Source of the DNA: Candidatus Zhuqueibacterota bacterium
GTDB lineage: Bacteria; Zhuqueibacterota; Zhuqueibacteria; Oceanimicrobiales; Oceanimicrobiaceae
Length of the DNA stretch: 64,000 nt
Assembly (NCBI GenBank): GCA_029261995.1
Contig: JAJDAF010000010.1
Span: 196,767 to 260,766 of the forward strand
Direction of reading: 5' to 3'
Shown here: one piece after another, positions 55,630 through 64,000 of the stretch
How positions within the stretch are numbered: the stretch's first letter is position 1
Layout: every line of letters begins with the position of its first letter
Notes under the pieces: generated by a model
Databases searched by the model: none
What the model was told of the DNA's origin: nothing
Seen by the model: only the letters and a program-made list of their open reading frames with translations
Translations under genes and position numbers: made by a program

Positions 55630-56304
55630 TTGAACAGTGAGGAGACAATGAAGTCAGTACTCATTCCTTTTGTGGTCGGGCTTTTTTCGCTGAATTTTCT
55701 AGTACTGAGAAATGATGTAATGGTGCAACGGATTGCAGAGGTTGAAAGCACGATAAGCCACTTGCATGAAGTGCAGGGGATTGACCAGCAGCGCCAGAGG
55801 CTGCACCTGAAAATCGACAGAATTATTTCTAGGTTCAACCCCGAGATGCCACAGAACATGAGAACTCAGGTCGCGGATGTCATCTATGAGATGAGCGTCA
55901 AGTACCCAAATCTTGACATGGATCTCATCTGCGCCACTATTACGCATGAAAGCGGCCGTTCCTGGAATCCCAAGGTGCTGTCGAGCGCCGGCGCCATGGG
56001 CTTGATGCAAATCATGCCAAGCACTGGGAAATGGTTGGCGCGCTTTGACGATATCGAATGGACTTCCGCTGAGGAGATCCTGCACAACCCGGTATACAAC
56101 ATCCGAATGGGCACACGTTATCTTTCAACTTTGATTGAGTTGTACGGTTTGGAGGGCGGTCTGGCAGCATATAATGGTGGTGGCACAATAGCGAAACGCT
56201 GGCTGGCGAGCGGAAAAGCAGAGGGTGTGTTGTGGGATGAGACGCGGAGTTACATTCCGTTTGTGCTCAAACTGTACAAAGAGTTTCGTGAAATGATGAT
56301 ATAA
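55630..56304 (+). CDS. Lytic transglycosylase (SLT domain), membrane-anchored
   Basis: An N-terminal anchor is followed by SLT motifs: catalytic Glu (ATITHESGRSWNP), AMGLMQIMPSTG and the YNGG-like AAYNGG. Confidence 0.7.
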   Translation: MNSEETMKSVLIPFVVGLFSLNFLVLRNDVMVQRIAEVESTISHLHEVQGIDQQRQRLHLKIDRIISRFNPEMPQNMRTQVADVIYEMSVKYPNLDMDLICATITHESGRSWNPKVLSSAGAMGLMQIMPSTGKWLARFDDIEWTSAEEILHNPVYNIRMGTRYLSTLIELYGLEGGLAAYNGGGTIAKRWLASGKAEGVLWDETRSYIPFVLKLYKEFREMMI

Positions 56305-56392
56305 TCTCTTGGCCCTCCTTCACTTCAGGATTGGGCGCCGTTCGGTCGGGGCTGGTGTTTTGCCCTCCGCATGGCGTCCGTTCTGTAGCTTG

Positions 56393-57304
56393 TCATCCCC
56401 CAATTTTTTTTCGTTTCAACAGATACTCGATCAGAGCGCGGTCGAAGGTGGATTCGGTGGTGAGTGAGATCAGATCGATCTGGTGCTCTCGGCAAAATTT
56501 CTTGTAGGCCTCATTAAACTTCGTTACCTGGCCACGATAGTCGCTGCGGATGTGCCAGGGTTGCGTGTTTATTTCTTCGCCAGATTCCAGGTCGCGGAAG
56601 ATTGCGTCCTGGGTGAAGTCAAACGAAATCTCATAGGGATCAAGAATTTGGAAGACGATGACCTCGTTGTTCTGATAGCGAAAATGCTTCAGTCCTGACA
56701 TGACTTTTTCGGGCTCGTCGAGCAAGTCAGAGAAAAGCACCACAAGTCCACGACGCTGAATTCGGTCGGCCATCTGGTGCAGCGCGGAGGCGATGTCGGT
56801 TCTGGCGCTATGGGTAGTGCGGTCAAGTTCGAGCAGGATTTCATTGAGATAGGTGGTTACCGATTTCGGTGGAAGAAAGCGCCGAATTTGCTCGTCGAAT
56901 GTCACCAGGCCCACGGCGTCCCGCTGCCGCATCATTAAATAGGCGAGGGCTGCGGACAGGTAGGATGCGTATTGCAGCTTGCTCAGGCCATGCGATGAGT
57001 ATCCCATGGAGGCCGAAGCATCGAGCAGAATATAGGATTTGAGGTTGGTTTCTTCTTCAAACTGCTTGACGTAGAAGCGGTTAGTCTTGCCGTAAACCTT
57101 CCAGTCAACGTGCTTGATGTCGTCTCCGGGCATGTACTGGCGATGTTCCGCGAATTCAACGCTGAAGCCGTGATAGGGACTCTTGTGCAGGCCGGTCATG
57201 AAGCCTTCAACCACGAGGCGTGCACGCAGATCCATGGATGCCAGTTTGGAAACGACGTCAGGGTTCAGATACTTATGATAGTCAACACCACGCTGTTGAG
57301 CCAT
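56393..57304 (-). CDS. DUF58 domain protein (MoxR-associated, vWA-like fold)
   Basis: DUF58 signature region FAEHRQYMPGDDIKHVDWKVYGKTNRFYVKQFEEE. It lies immediately downstream of a MoxR ATPase gene with a 4-nt gap. Confidence 0.75.
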   Translation of the reverse strand: MAQQRGVDYHKYLNPDVVSKLASMDLRARLVVEGFMTGLHKSPYHGFSVEFAEHRQYMPGDDIKHVDWKVYGKTNRFYVKQFEEETNLKSYILLDASASMGYSSHGLSKLQYASYLSAALAYLMMRQRDAVGLVTFDEQIRRFLPPKSVTTYLNEILLELDRTTHSARTDIASALHQMADRIQRRGLVVLFSDLLDEPEKVMSGLKHFRYQNNEVIVFQILDPYEISFDFTQDAIFRDLESGEEINTQPWHIRSDYRGQVTKFNEAYKKFCREHQIDLISLTTESTFDRALIEYLLKRKKIGG

Positions 57305-57308
57305 GCTA

Positions 57309-58307
57309 CTATCCCAGGTCCATCAGTCGATTCACGATATCATCCGTGCCAATGCCTTCTGCGTCAGCGTTGAAGTTTGTCACCAGCCGATGCCGCAGCA
57401 CAGGCTTTGCTATGGCTTTTACATCGTCGATTTCCGGTGTGGGGCGTCCCTGCAGAATCGCACGCGTTTTAGCCGCTAGAATCAGATATTGCGACGCTCG
57501 AGGCCCGGCGCCCCAGCGCACCCACTCCCGGATGAATGCTGGACTGTCTTCGTATTTTGGACGGGTCTTGCGAACAAGGTCCACTGCGTAATCAATGACC
57601 TGGTCGGCCACCGGCACACGGCGGACGAGATTCTGAAGCTTCAAAATCTCGTCGGCGTCAAGCACTGGTTTCACTTCCGCCTGATAGGCGCTGGTCGTTG
57701 CTTTTACAATCTGCGCTTCTTCTTCGCGAGAGGGGTAGTCTACCCACAGGTTGAACATGAACCTGTCGAGCTGTGCTTCCGGCAGCGGATAGGTGCCCTC
57801 TTGTTCGATTGGGTTTTGAGTGGCGAGCACAAAGAAAGGTTCTTCGAGATGGTAGGTTGTGCCGGCCGCCGTGACCTCGTGTTCCTGCATCGCCTGCAGC
57901 AGGGCTGCCTGGGTTTTGGGCGGCGTCCGGTTGATTTCATCGGCCAGGACAATGTTGGCGAAAACTGGACCTTTTATGAACTTGAAGGCTTTGTGTCCGG
58001 TGGTGGCGTCGTCCTCGATGATCTCGGTTCCTGTAATATCAGAAGGCATGAGATCGGGAGTGAACTGGATGCGGTTGAACTCTAGGTTGAGTACCTGGGC
58101 CAGCGTGTTTATCAACAGGGTCTTGGCCAATCCCGGCACGCCGACCAGCAAACAGTGGCCCTTGGCCAGCATCGAGATCAGCAGTTCTTCAATAATCTTA
58201 TCCTGCCCGATAATAATTTTGCCTATCTCGGACGTGATTTCTTTGTTGGCTTGTTCGAGTTGTTCAACTATTTCAATGTCACTGCTTTTCGCCTCAGCGG
58301 CTGCCAT
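57309..58307 (-). CDS. MoxR-family AAA+ ATPase
   Basis: Walker A (GVPGLAKT), Walker B (VLADEINRTPPKTQAALLQAMQE) and the typical MoxR C-terminal helical domain. The ATG at 58307 gives ~332 aa; the ORF track TTG start at 58442 is probably too far upstream. Confidence 0.85.
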   Translation of the reverse strand: MAAAEAKSSDIEIVEQLEQANKEITSEIGKIIIGQDKIIEELLISMLAKGHCLLVGVPGLAKTLLINTLAQVLNLEFNRIQFTPDLMPSDITGTEIIEDDATTGHKAFKFIKGPVFANIVLADEINRTPPKTQAALLQAMQEHEVTAAGTTYHLEEPFFVLATQNPIEQEGTYPLPEAQLDRFMFNLWVDYPSREEEAQIVKATTSAYQAEVKPVLDADEILKLQNLVRRVPVADQVIDYAVDLVRKTRPKYEDSPAFIREWVRWGAGPRASQYLILAAKTRAILQGRPTPEIDDVKAIAKPVLRHRLVTNFNADAEGIGTDDIVNRLMDLG

Positions 58308-58537
58308 ATAACCTCCAATGTTAGTTGCCAGGTACAGGATTTGGTTCACGCCTGCCGCCTGACTGGTCCGGTGATGACGGAATTGGGTCCGAAAATTCGA
58401 ATTCAGAATGTCAAAATTAGCAAATCCGAACTCCAATGTCAATCTATTTGACGCCGACTCGCATGCAGGCCTGGTAGGAAATGGCGTGATAGCGCTTGTG
58501 CCTGTTCCCGGTTTTTCTTATCTTCGACTTCTTACAG

Positions 58538-59590
58538 ATGGAGAAAAAAATCTCAATGAATTTGAAAGGCCTCGATCTCCCGGAACTGCAGGGCTTTGTT
58601 GAGGCACAGGGCCAGCCGCGATTTCGTGGCCAGCAGCTTTTTCGCTGGCTCTACGGTGGGAATGCCCGCTCATTCGCCGATATGACCAACCTGCCAAAGG
58701 GTTTGCGAGAGAATCTGGCGTCCGCCGCTGACCTGAGCGCGGTCGAGGTTGTGGACAAGCGCCAGTCCCGGGATGGCCAATCCGTGAAATTTTTGTTCAG
58801 GCTCCAGGACCGCCAGGTCGTCGAATCGGTTTGGATGACTGATGCAGGCCGGACAACCCTCTGCCTCTCGACCCAGGTTGGATGCGCCATCGACTGCAAA
58901 TTCTGCGCGACCGGTTCGCTTGGGCTTAACCGAAACCTGACTGCGGGCGAAATTGTGGACCAGCTTCTGGTAACGCAACTTGAGACCGGGCAGCAGATTT
59001 CGAACATCGTTTTCATGGGCATGGGCGAGCCGTTGCAAAACTACGACAATGTTTTGAAGGCATGTTCTTTAATTTGTCATCAGGATGGCCCTGCCATGTC
59101 GCGGCGTCATATCGTGATTTCGACCAGCGGCATCATCCCAAAGATTCGCCAATTCGCAGATGAAGGTCACAAGTATAGGTTGGCCATCTCCTTGAACGCA
59201 ACTACTGATGAAGTCAGATCGCGCCTGATGCCGCTCAACCAACGTTGGCCTCTTGGCGAACTGTTCAAAGCGGCGAAATACTACGCTGAGAAATCTTCAG
59301 AACTGGTCACGTTCGAATATGTTTTGCTGCGGGGAATCAACGATTCGGTAGAAGACGCTTTCAGGCTCAAGAAGTACTTGGCTGGGTTGAAGTGTAAACT
59401 GAATCTTATTCCCTACAACGAGGCGGTCGGAGAGTTTCAACGCCCGGCAAAGAGATATATCGAGCGATTCTATGAGATGCTTTCGGGCATGCGGGCGCCG
59501 GTGATGATCCGTTGGAGCAAGGGAGACGATATTGAAGCTGGCTGTGGCCAGCTTGCAGCCAAAGCCACGCCGGCTCACTCTGCTGTATGA
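58538..59590 (+). CDS. rlmN: 23S rRNA/tRNA (adenine-C2)-methyltransferase RlmN (radical SAM)
   Basis: The radical-SAM CxxxCxxC motif (CAIDCKFCATG), the methyl-transfer Cys (GMGEPLQN...) and a C-terminal second Cys region are present. Overall RlmN/Cfr architecture. The start is at 58538 or 58556. Confidence 0.85.
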   Translation: MEKKISMNLKGLDLPELQGFVEAQGQPRFRGQQLFRWLYGGNARSFADMTNLPKGLRENLASAADLSAVEVVDKRQSRDGQSVKFLFRLQDRQVVESVWMTDAGRTTLCLSTQVGCAIDCKFCATGSLGLNRNLTAGEIVDQLLVTQLETGQQISNIVFMGMGEPLQNYDNVLKACSLICHQDGPAMSRRHIVISTSGIIPKIRQFADEGHKYRLAISLNATTDEVRSRLMPLNQRWPLGELFKAAKYYAEKSSELVTFEYVLLRGINDSVEDAFRLKKYLAGLKCKLNLIPYNEAVGEFQRPAKRYIERFYEMLSGMRAPVMIRWSKGDDIEAGCGQLAAKATPAHSAV

Positions 59591-60624
59591 TTGCTAGCGT
59601 GCGAGTCGGAACAGGTTTCCGCAAGTTGTTCAAGGACGACAGCACACCGCTTTTTTTGTTCTCCGCTCAATGTGATTCTGCTGACAAATCGACACTGCTC
59701 CTGTGCCTTTTGACGCTTTTCAAGTTTCATGTAGATTTGAGAAAGATTTTTGCGACAGGTTAGTTCGTTGACTGGCGACAGAACTCCGCCTGAATGCAGC
59801 GAGGCAAGAATTCGTTCATAGTAAAACGCGGCTTCATTCCACCGTTTCAATTTTTTGTTGAGTTTTGCTGCGCACCACAGGAAAATTCTGCTGTCAGGGA
59901 ACTCCGCAAGAACGTCATTGATTGTATTCAGTCCTTCCTGGTAGCGCTGCTCATCAATAAATATCCAGCAAATGCCGTTCATCGCACTGTACCGTGAGAA
60001 GCGGCTTCTGGTCATCGCAAGTTTGATGAGGCGTATTCCTTCCTCTCGTGAGTCTTCCACAAAAGGCAGCCACGTGAAGTGGCGGTTCAGTCGGCTCAGA
60101 TAGTATTTGTATGTGCCTAGTCCGAGGTAGGCATCATAAAGCGTGGAGTCTTTGGCAACCGCAGCTTCAAGGGCAGCAACACTTCGCTTTGCGGTTTGAA
60201 ATGCCTCCCAATACTTGTTTTGTTTGGCGCGATAGAAAGAGAGATAGCCGTAGCTTGCTCCCAGAAAAAAGTGGGTCCATGCATCGTCGCTGTCCTGCCT
60301 GAGTTTGCGTTTGGCCAAGCCGATGGTTTTGCGCAGCAATTCCAGGAATTCCTTTTCCTGCGTGTAAGACTCGTAGTCCATCATTCTTGTCTGCAGGATG
60401 GCAGCACGTAGAAAGTAGCCAACCGGATTGTCCACCTGCTCCTGTTCAAGTCGATTTGCAAGCAGCAACGCCTCATCATAAGATTGTTCGATGCTGAGGC
60501 GAATGCCCGCGGCGAGCAGGCTATCCGTGTTCTGCGACAGCAAAGACTGGCTCATGGCAGGCTCAGCAGTCAACGCCATAGATGTAAGGGCGAGAAGGTT
60601 CAACCATTTTGGCAAGGATTTCAA
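59575..60624 (-). CDS. Secreted tetratricopeptide-repeat (TPR) protein
   Basis: Signal peptide (LALTSMALTAEPAMS) and multiple TPR-like helical hairpins. It overlaps the convergent rlmN end by 16 nt. Confidence 0.55.
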   Translation of the reverse strand: MKSLPKWLNLLALTSMALTAEPAMSQSLLSQNTDSLLAAGIRLSIEQSYDEALLLANRLEQEQVDNPVGYFLRAAILQTRMMDYESYTQEKEFLELLRKTIGLAKRKLRQDSDDAWTHFFLGASYGYLSFYRAKQNKYWEAFQTAKRSVAALEAAVAKDSTLYDAYLGLGTYKYYLSRLNRHFTWLPFVEDSREEGIRLIKLAMTRSRFSRYSAMNGICWIFIDEQRYQEGLNTINDVLAEFPDSRIFLWCAAKLNKKLKRWNEAAFYYERILASLHSGGVLSPVNELTCRKNLSQIYMKLEKRQKAQEQCRFVSRITLSGEQKKRCAVVLEQLAETCSDSHASNHTAE

Positions 60625-60938
60625 GCCTGGATCCTCATAGAAATGATGGGGCCGATGTAATTAGGTCGTGCTGATCCTGCTTAAACCAGCGGGGAGTGTT
60701 TCGGTTTCAAATGTTGCAATAGTGACAATCGTGGACTCGCGCAAGGAAATATTTGCAATTTAGAAAAAACAAAGTATATTAGGCATAATCGTGCCAGCAG
60801 TGGCTGCAACGTCATACGGTTGCTTCAGATTTGGTCTGTGGCCACGCGTCCAAGTATGGTACTTTTCATCCAAGGTAGGTAAATTTCACTGATTTTCGTA
60901 AGAATTTTCCATCAACGATGGATATTGCTATTTTTTTC

Positions 60939-60967
60939 TTGACAAAAGAGTTCGAATTTATTACATT
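60939..60967 (+). promoter_or_regulatory. Candidate sigma-70-type promoter for the M23 peptidase gene (TTGACA-17-TACATT)
   Basis: ttgaca at 60939-60944, 17-nt spacer, tacatt at 60962-60967. This lies in an AT-rich 540-bp intergenic region ~195 nt upstream of the 61162 start. Confidence 0.35.
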
Positions 60968-61161
60968 CGAGTCATACTGATTGCTTCAGATAGTCCTGCC
61001 TTGCTTTGAGGAAACGATTTAATCAAATTTCGTTGTTTTCAACTGTGATTTTTGCTGATCTCGATGATTTGTGGTGCGCCTAGGATGGTGCTGTTCATTG
61101 CTACTGGTAAACTGCGAAGTTGAGTTGTCGCTCGTCTGTCTATTGAGGAAGGGCTAACGCC

Positions 61162-62082
61162 ATGAGTACCAAGAAAGTCAAACTAATATACTTTTCATTG
61201 AAGGATTCCAAGTCAAAACAATTGGAACTGACTTGGGGAAGCTTCTTTTCCATTCTGGCCGCCTTCTTCGTGCTGCTTCTTTTTCTTGTATCGAGTTCTC
61301 TCGCATTTTTTACAGACTTCTATCACAACCTCGAGATTTCTTCTCTGACTAAGACAAACCTTCATTTGATGAGTCAGTTGGGTGATATGGATGGCAAGCT
61401 TGCAGGGATTGAAGGCAGGGTGACGAATTTGGAGAGGGAAGATGACAATCTCCGAATCATAGCGGATTTACCAAAGATTGACGAAGACACCCGCGACGTC
61501 GGCGTCGGTGGTGTCATACCGGTAAACTATGAATTTCCAATGGCCGAGAAGGATCTTTCGGACCAAGTAGGCAACTATCAGGATATTCTCGCCAAGATGG
61601 AACGGCGCCTGGAGTTGACAAAGCATAGCCGCGAAGAGATAAGGACCAAGCTGGAACACAACAAGAACGTCATGAAACACACACCGTCAATCCGGCCGTT
61701 GCTGGGTGGGCGTCTCAAGGACAAATTCGGATTTCGCTTGCACCCGCTCTTGGAAAAAGTCAGACACCACAAAGGTATAGACATTGCCGCCGAACGAGGC
61801 ACTGAGGTTTTTGCAACAGCGGCAGGTAAGGTCGATAAGGTCGTGACTAAGTACAAGAAGAATCAAGGGTGGGGGAAATATGTCATGATCGACCACGGGT
61901 TCGGCATCAAAACCCTGTATGGCCATTTGTCGAAAGTCTTGGTTAGGCAAGGTCAGGAAATAGATCGTTGGAAACCGATTGGTTTGGTGGGTGAAACCGG
62001 GTTGGCGACGGGGCCCCATCTTCACTACGAAGTCAGGAAGGATGGCACGCACATCGATCCCCTGACTTACATTCTCAACTAG
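61162..62082 (+). CDS. M23-family (LytM-domain) metallopeptidase with N-terminal TM helix and coiled coil (EnvC/NlpD-like)
   Basis: An anchor (FFSILAAFFVLLLFLV) and coiled coil precede M23 motifs: HKGIDIAAERGTEV, the HxH (GPHLHYEV) and YGHLSK. Confidence 0.75.
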   Translation: MSTKKVKLIYFSLKDSKSKQLELTWGSFFSILAAFFVLLLFLVSSSLAFFTDFYHNLEISSLTKTNLHLMSQLGDMDGKLAGIEGRVTNLEREDDNLRIIADLPKIDEDTRDVGVGGVIPVNYEFPMAEKDLSDQVGNYQDILAKMERRLELTKHSREEIRTKLEHNKNVMKHTPSIRPLLGGRLKDKFGFRLHPLLEKVRHHKGIDIAAERGTEVFATAAGKVDKVVTKYKKNQGWGKYVMIDHGFGIKTLYGHLSKVLVRQGQEIDRWKPIGLVGETGLATGPHLHYEVRKDGTHIDPLTYILN

Positions 62083-62195
62083 TCAAGCCTCTTTTGATTT
62101 GACGCCCTGGCCTGTCCCGGGCGTTTTTTGTTTTGGCACGAATCTTCTTCCAGTGGAAGATTCGCGATTTGGCAAACTGCTGGAGGGATGTTGGG

Positions 62196-63569
62196 ATGAA
62201 ATGGTATTCGATTTTTCTGGTTGCGGTCTCAGCTGTTGCTGTGACGGGTGACACGTTTTCCCAGGTCGTTCTGTCGGAAATCATGTTCAACCCAACGGGT
62301 AGTGAGTCAAGTGACGAATTCATCGAAATCGTGAATTTGTCTGACGTCGATGCGGTTGATTTGAGCGAGTGGGAGATTGGTGACGGCAACGGACGTGACA
62401 ATATCATCGTCCACTTGGGCGGATCCACCTTGCAGCCGGGGCAGTTCGCTCTAATCCTCGACCCATCCTATTTCGGTAATTCCACTTCCTACGACAATTT
62501 CATTGCTAGCGACGCGCTGATTATTACCATCGACAATTCGACCTTCGGTTCAAGCGGGTTATCAAACAGCAGCTCCGAAACCGTTATGTTGTTTGAGCCC
62601 TCAGGCACTGTCGTTTCCGAACGGAGCTATGGCCTCTCCGGAGCGGCCGGGTTTCCTGAAGAGAAAATCGATTTGTTTGGCGACGATTCAGCCACCAACT
62701 GGCGTCCCGGAAGGGTGTTCCTCGGGACACCTGGCGGGCCCAATAGCTCGACACTGGCGGCGCCGCTTAGTGTTGATATCAAAGTGAACGAAATTATGTA
62801 TTCGCCCCTGGCCGGCGAGCCAGAATGGCTCGAGGTCACCAACGTCGGTCGCCTGCCTTTGGACCTGACGCGTTGGGGAATATCTGACTCCGACACTTCG
62901 AGCAGGAGTTTTCTCGAGCGCCCGCTGACGTTAGCGCCCGGCGATTTCCTGGTGCTTGCGAGCGACTCATCCGTAGCTGATATCTTCGGTGTCCCTGATT
63001 CCTCGGTTCGAGAGTTGTCGGGTTTTCCCAGCCTGAACAATGATCTTGACAGCATCGTTCTATTTGACCTCCTGTCCCGACCGGTTGAAAGAGTAGACTA
63101 CAGGCGTGTTTGGGGCGGCGCCGACGGTGTCTCGCTTGAGAAAATTCGGCCGGAATTTCCCTCCAACGACAGCTCTAACTGGGCGAGTTCTGTCGCGTTC
63201 GCAACACCCGGAATGCGTAACAGCATTTTTGTTGAGACGTTGCCACCGACCTCAACACTTTCCGTTTCCCCAGATCCTTTTTCACCCGATGCCGATGGGC
63301 GCGATGATTTCACCGTGATCAGCTACGACCTGCCCGTCGCGACAGCAACCGTCAACCTCAAAGTTTACGACCTTCGGGGCAGACTGATCCGGTTTCTGGT
63401 AAACAACCGACCTGCGGCGGCTCACAGTAGCGTCACGTGGAACGGCGAGGACGATCGAGGCCAGGTTGCCCGCGTTGGAATTTACGTTGTGTTTCTGCAG
63501 GCACTGAATGCCCAAGCCGGTGTCTTGACAGCCCAAAAGCAGGCAGTGGTGCTGGCCAAGCAACTCTGA
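62196..63569 (+). CDS. Secreted protein with two lamin-tail domains (LTD) and C-terminal FlgD-Ig-like/sorting-type domain
   Basis: After the signal peptide come LTD 1 (VVLSEIMFNPTGSESSDEFIEIVNLSDVDAVDLSEWEIGD) and LTD 2 (IKVNEIMYSPLAGEPEWLEVTNVGRLPLDLTRWGISD). The C-terminal ~90 aa form an Ig-like beta domain (FTVISYDLPVATATVNLKVYDLRGRLIRFLVNN...). The ATG at 62196 is chosen over the ORF track start at 62133. Confidence 0.6.
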   Translation: MKWYSIFLVAVSAVAVTGDTFSQVVLSEIMFNPTGSESSDEFIEIVNLSDVDAVDLSEWEIGDGNGRDNIIVHLGGSTLQPGQFALILDPSYFGNSTSYDNFIASDALIITIDNSTFGSSGLSNSSSETVMLFEPSGTVVSERSYGLSGAAGFPEEKIDLFGDDSATNWRPGRVFLGTPGGPNSSTLAAPLSVDIKVNEIMYSPLAGEPEWLEVTNVGRLPLDLTRWGISDSDTSSRSFLERPLTLAPGDFLVLASDSSVADIFGVPDSSVRELSGFPSLNNDLDSIVLFDLLSRPVERVDYRRVWGGADGVSLEKIRPEFPSNDSSNWASSVAFATPGMRNSIFVETLPPTSTLSVSPDPFSPDADGRDDFTVISYDLPVATATVNLKVYDLRGRLIRFLVNNRPAAAHSSVTWNGEDDRGQVARVGIYVVFLQALNAQAGVLTAQKQAVVLAKQL

Positions 63570-63689
63570 AGTTATTTTCCTTCCACAAATTCATACACCT
63601 TCATCTCCCTTTTCAACTCACTTGACTTACCATTTTTTTTGTTGGATTTTTGTAGGCGATCATGTATATTTATTACTTTTCGTAATTAT

Positions 63690-64000
63690 ATGCTGATCGC
63701 TGAGAACATAGAACGAGTCCGCGCCAGAATTGACCAAACATGCCGCAAAGCGGGGCGGAGCCTCGATGAAGTGACCCTCATTGCGGTCACGAAAACGGTT
63801 GGGATTTCACAAATAGAAAAAGCCCTGGCCGCAGGAATTACCAGCGTCGGTGAAAATCGTGTTCAGGAGGCCTGGACCAAATACAACCAGGTAGAAGTGC
63901 CGGCCGACTGGCACTTGATTGGACATTTGCAGACGAACAAAGTAAAAAGAGCCCTGCAGTTTGCGAACATGATTCATTCCGTTGACAGCATCCGGTTGGC
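63690..64000 (+). CDS. yggS: YggS-family PLP homeostasis protein (alanine-racemase-N-like fold), 5' fragment continuing past window end
   Basis: The N-terminus MLIAENIERVRARIDQTCRKAGRSLDEVTLIAVTKT (PLP-Lys region) and HLIGHLQTNKVK are both YggS/PLPBP signatures. The ORF is open to the window edge. Confidence 0.75.
   Translation, partial: MLIAENIERVRARIDQTCRKAGRSLDEVTLIAVTKTVGISQIEKALAAGITSVGENRVQEAWTKYNQVEVPADWHLIGHLQTNKVKRALQFANMIHSVDSIRL

Noticed and set aside
1-64000. Search for CRISPR arrays, integrases, transposases, phage structural genes, rRNA
   Set aside because: None found. There are no regularly spaced direct repeats outside coding tandem repeats, no Tyr/Ser recombinase motifs, and no rRNA-like conserved stretches.

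Overview
Dense chromosomal segment (~52-54% GC, ~53 protein genes, one tRNA) from a Gram-negative bacterium whose exported proteins carry type-IX-secretion (T9SS) C-terminal sorting domains, indicating an FCB-superphylum-like or candidate-phylum lineage. I see no rRNA, CRISPR array, integrase or transposase. Housekeeping genes make up most of the window: two exbD plus tonB, a deoxynucleoside kinase, trkA/trkH, smpB, tyrS, rlmB, rlmN, a leuB-family dehydrogenase, an argD-like aminotransferase, a yggS fragment and tRNA-Leu(CAG). Accessory content I can support: (1) an ECF sigma factor, a HEAT-repeat anti-sigma factor and a DUF4097 tandem-repeat secreted protein. (2) A membrane-anchored PP2C phosphatase with a distant orphan STAS protein. 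(3) A divergent unit made of an ATPase-dead NtrC-like regulator and a two-gene envelope operon, separated by an 840-bp AT-rich spacer. (4) The most unusual locus is a respiratory cluster at 38.5-43.4 kb. It holds a signal-peptide protein that fuses a PSCyt1-like domain with an atypical C-x4-CH motif to a C-terminal outer-membrane beta-barrel (a Cyc2-like porin-cytochrome architecture). It is followed by a paralogous CX4CH lipoprotein, a diheme cytochrome c, a Tat-dependent Rieske protein and a cytochrome b fused to a diheme cytochrome c. (5) A block of very large T9SS cargo genes at 43.9-53.8 kb. It includes a 1416-aa beta-helix protein with dockerin-like and cohesin-like modules, a cohesin-like partner, and a 1401-aa S8 subtilase with FG-GAP repeats. 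(6) A MoxR-DUF58 pair, an M23 peptidase, a dual lamin-tail-domain protein and a TolB-propeller-M28-PDZ fusion peptidase. All annotations rest on motif recognition in the supplied translations; no database search was possible.
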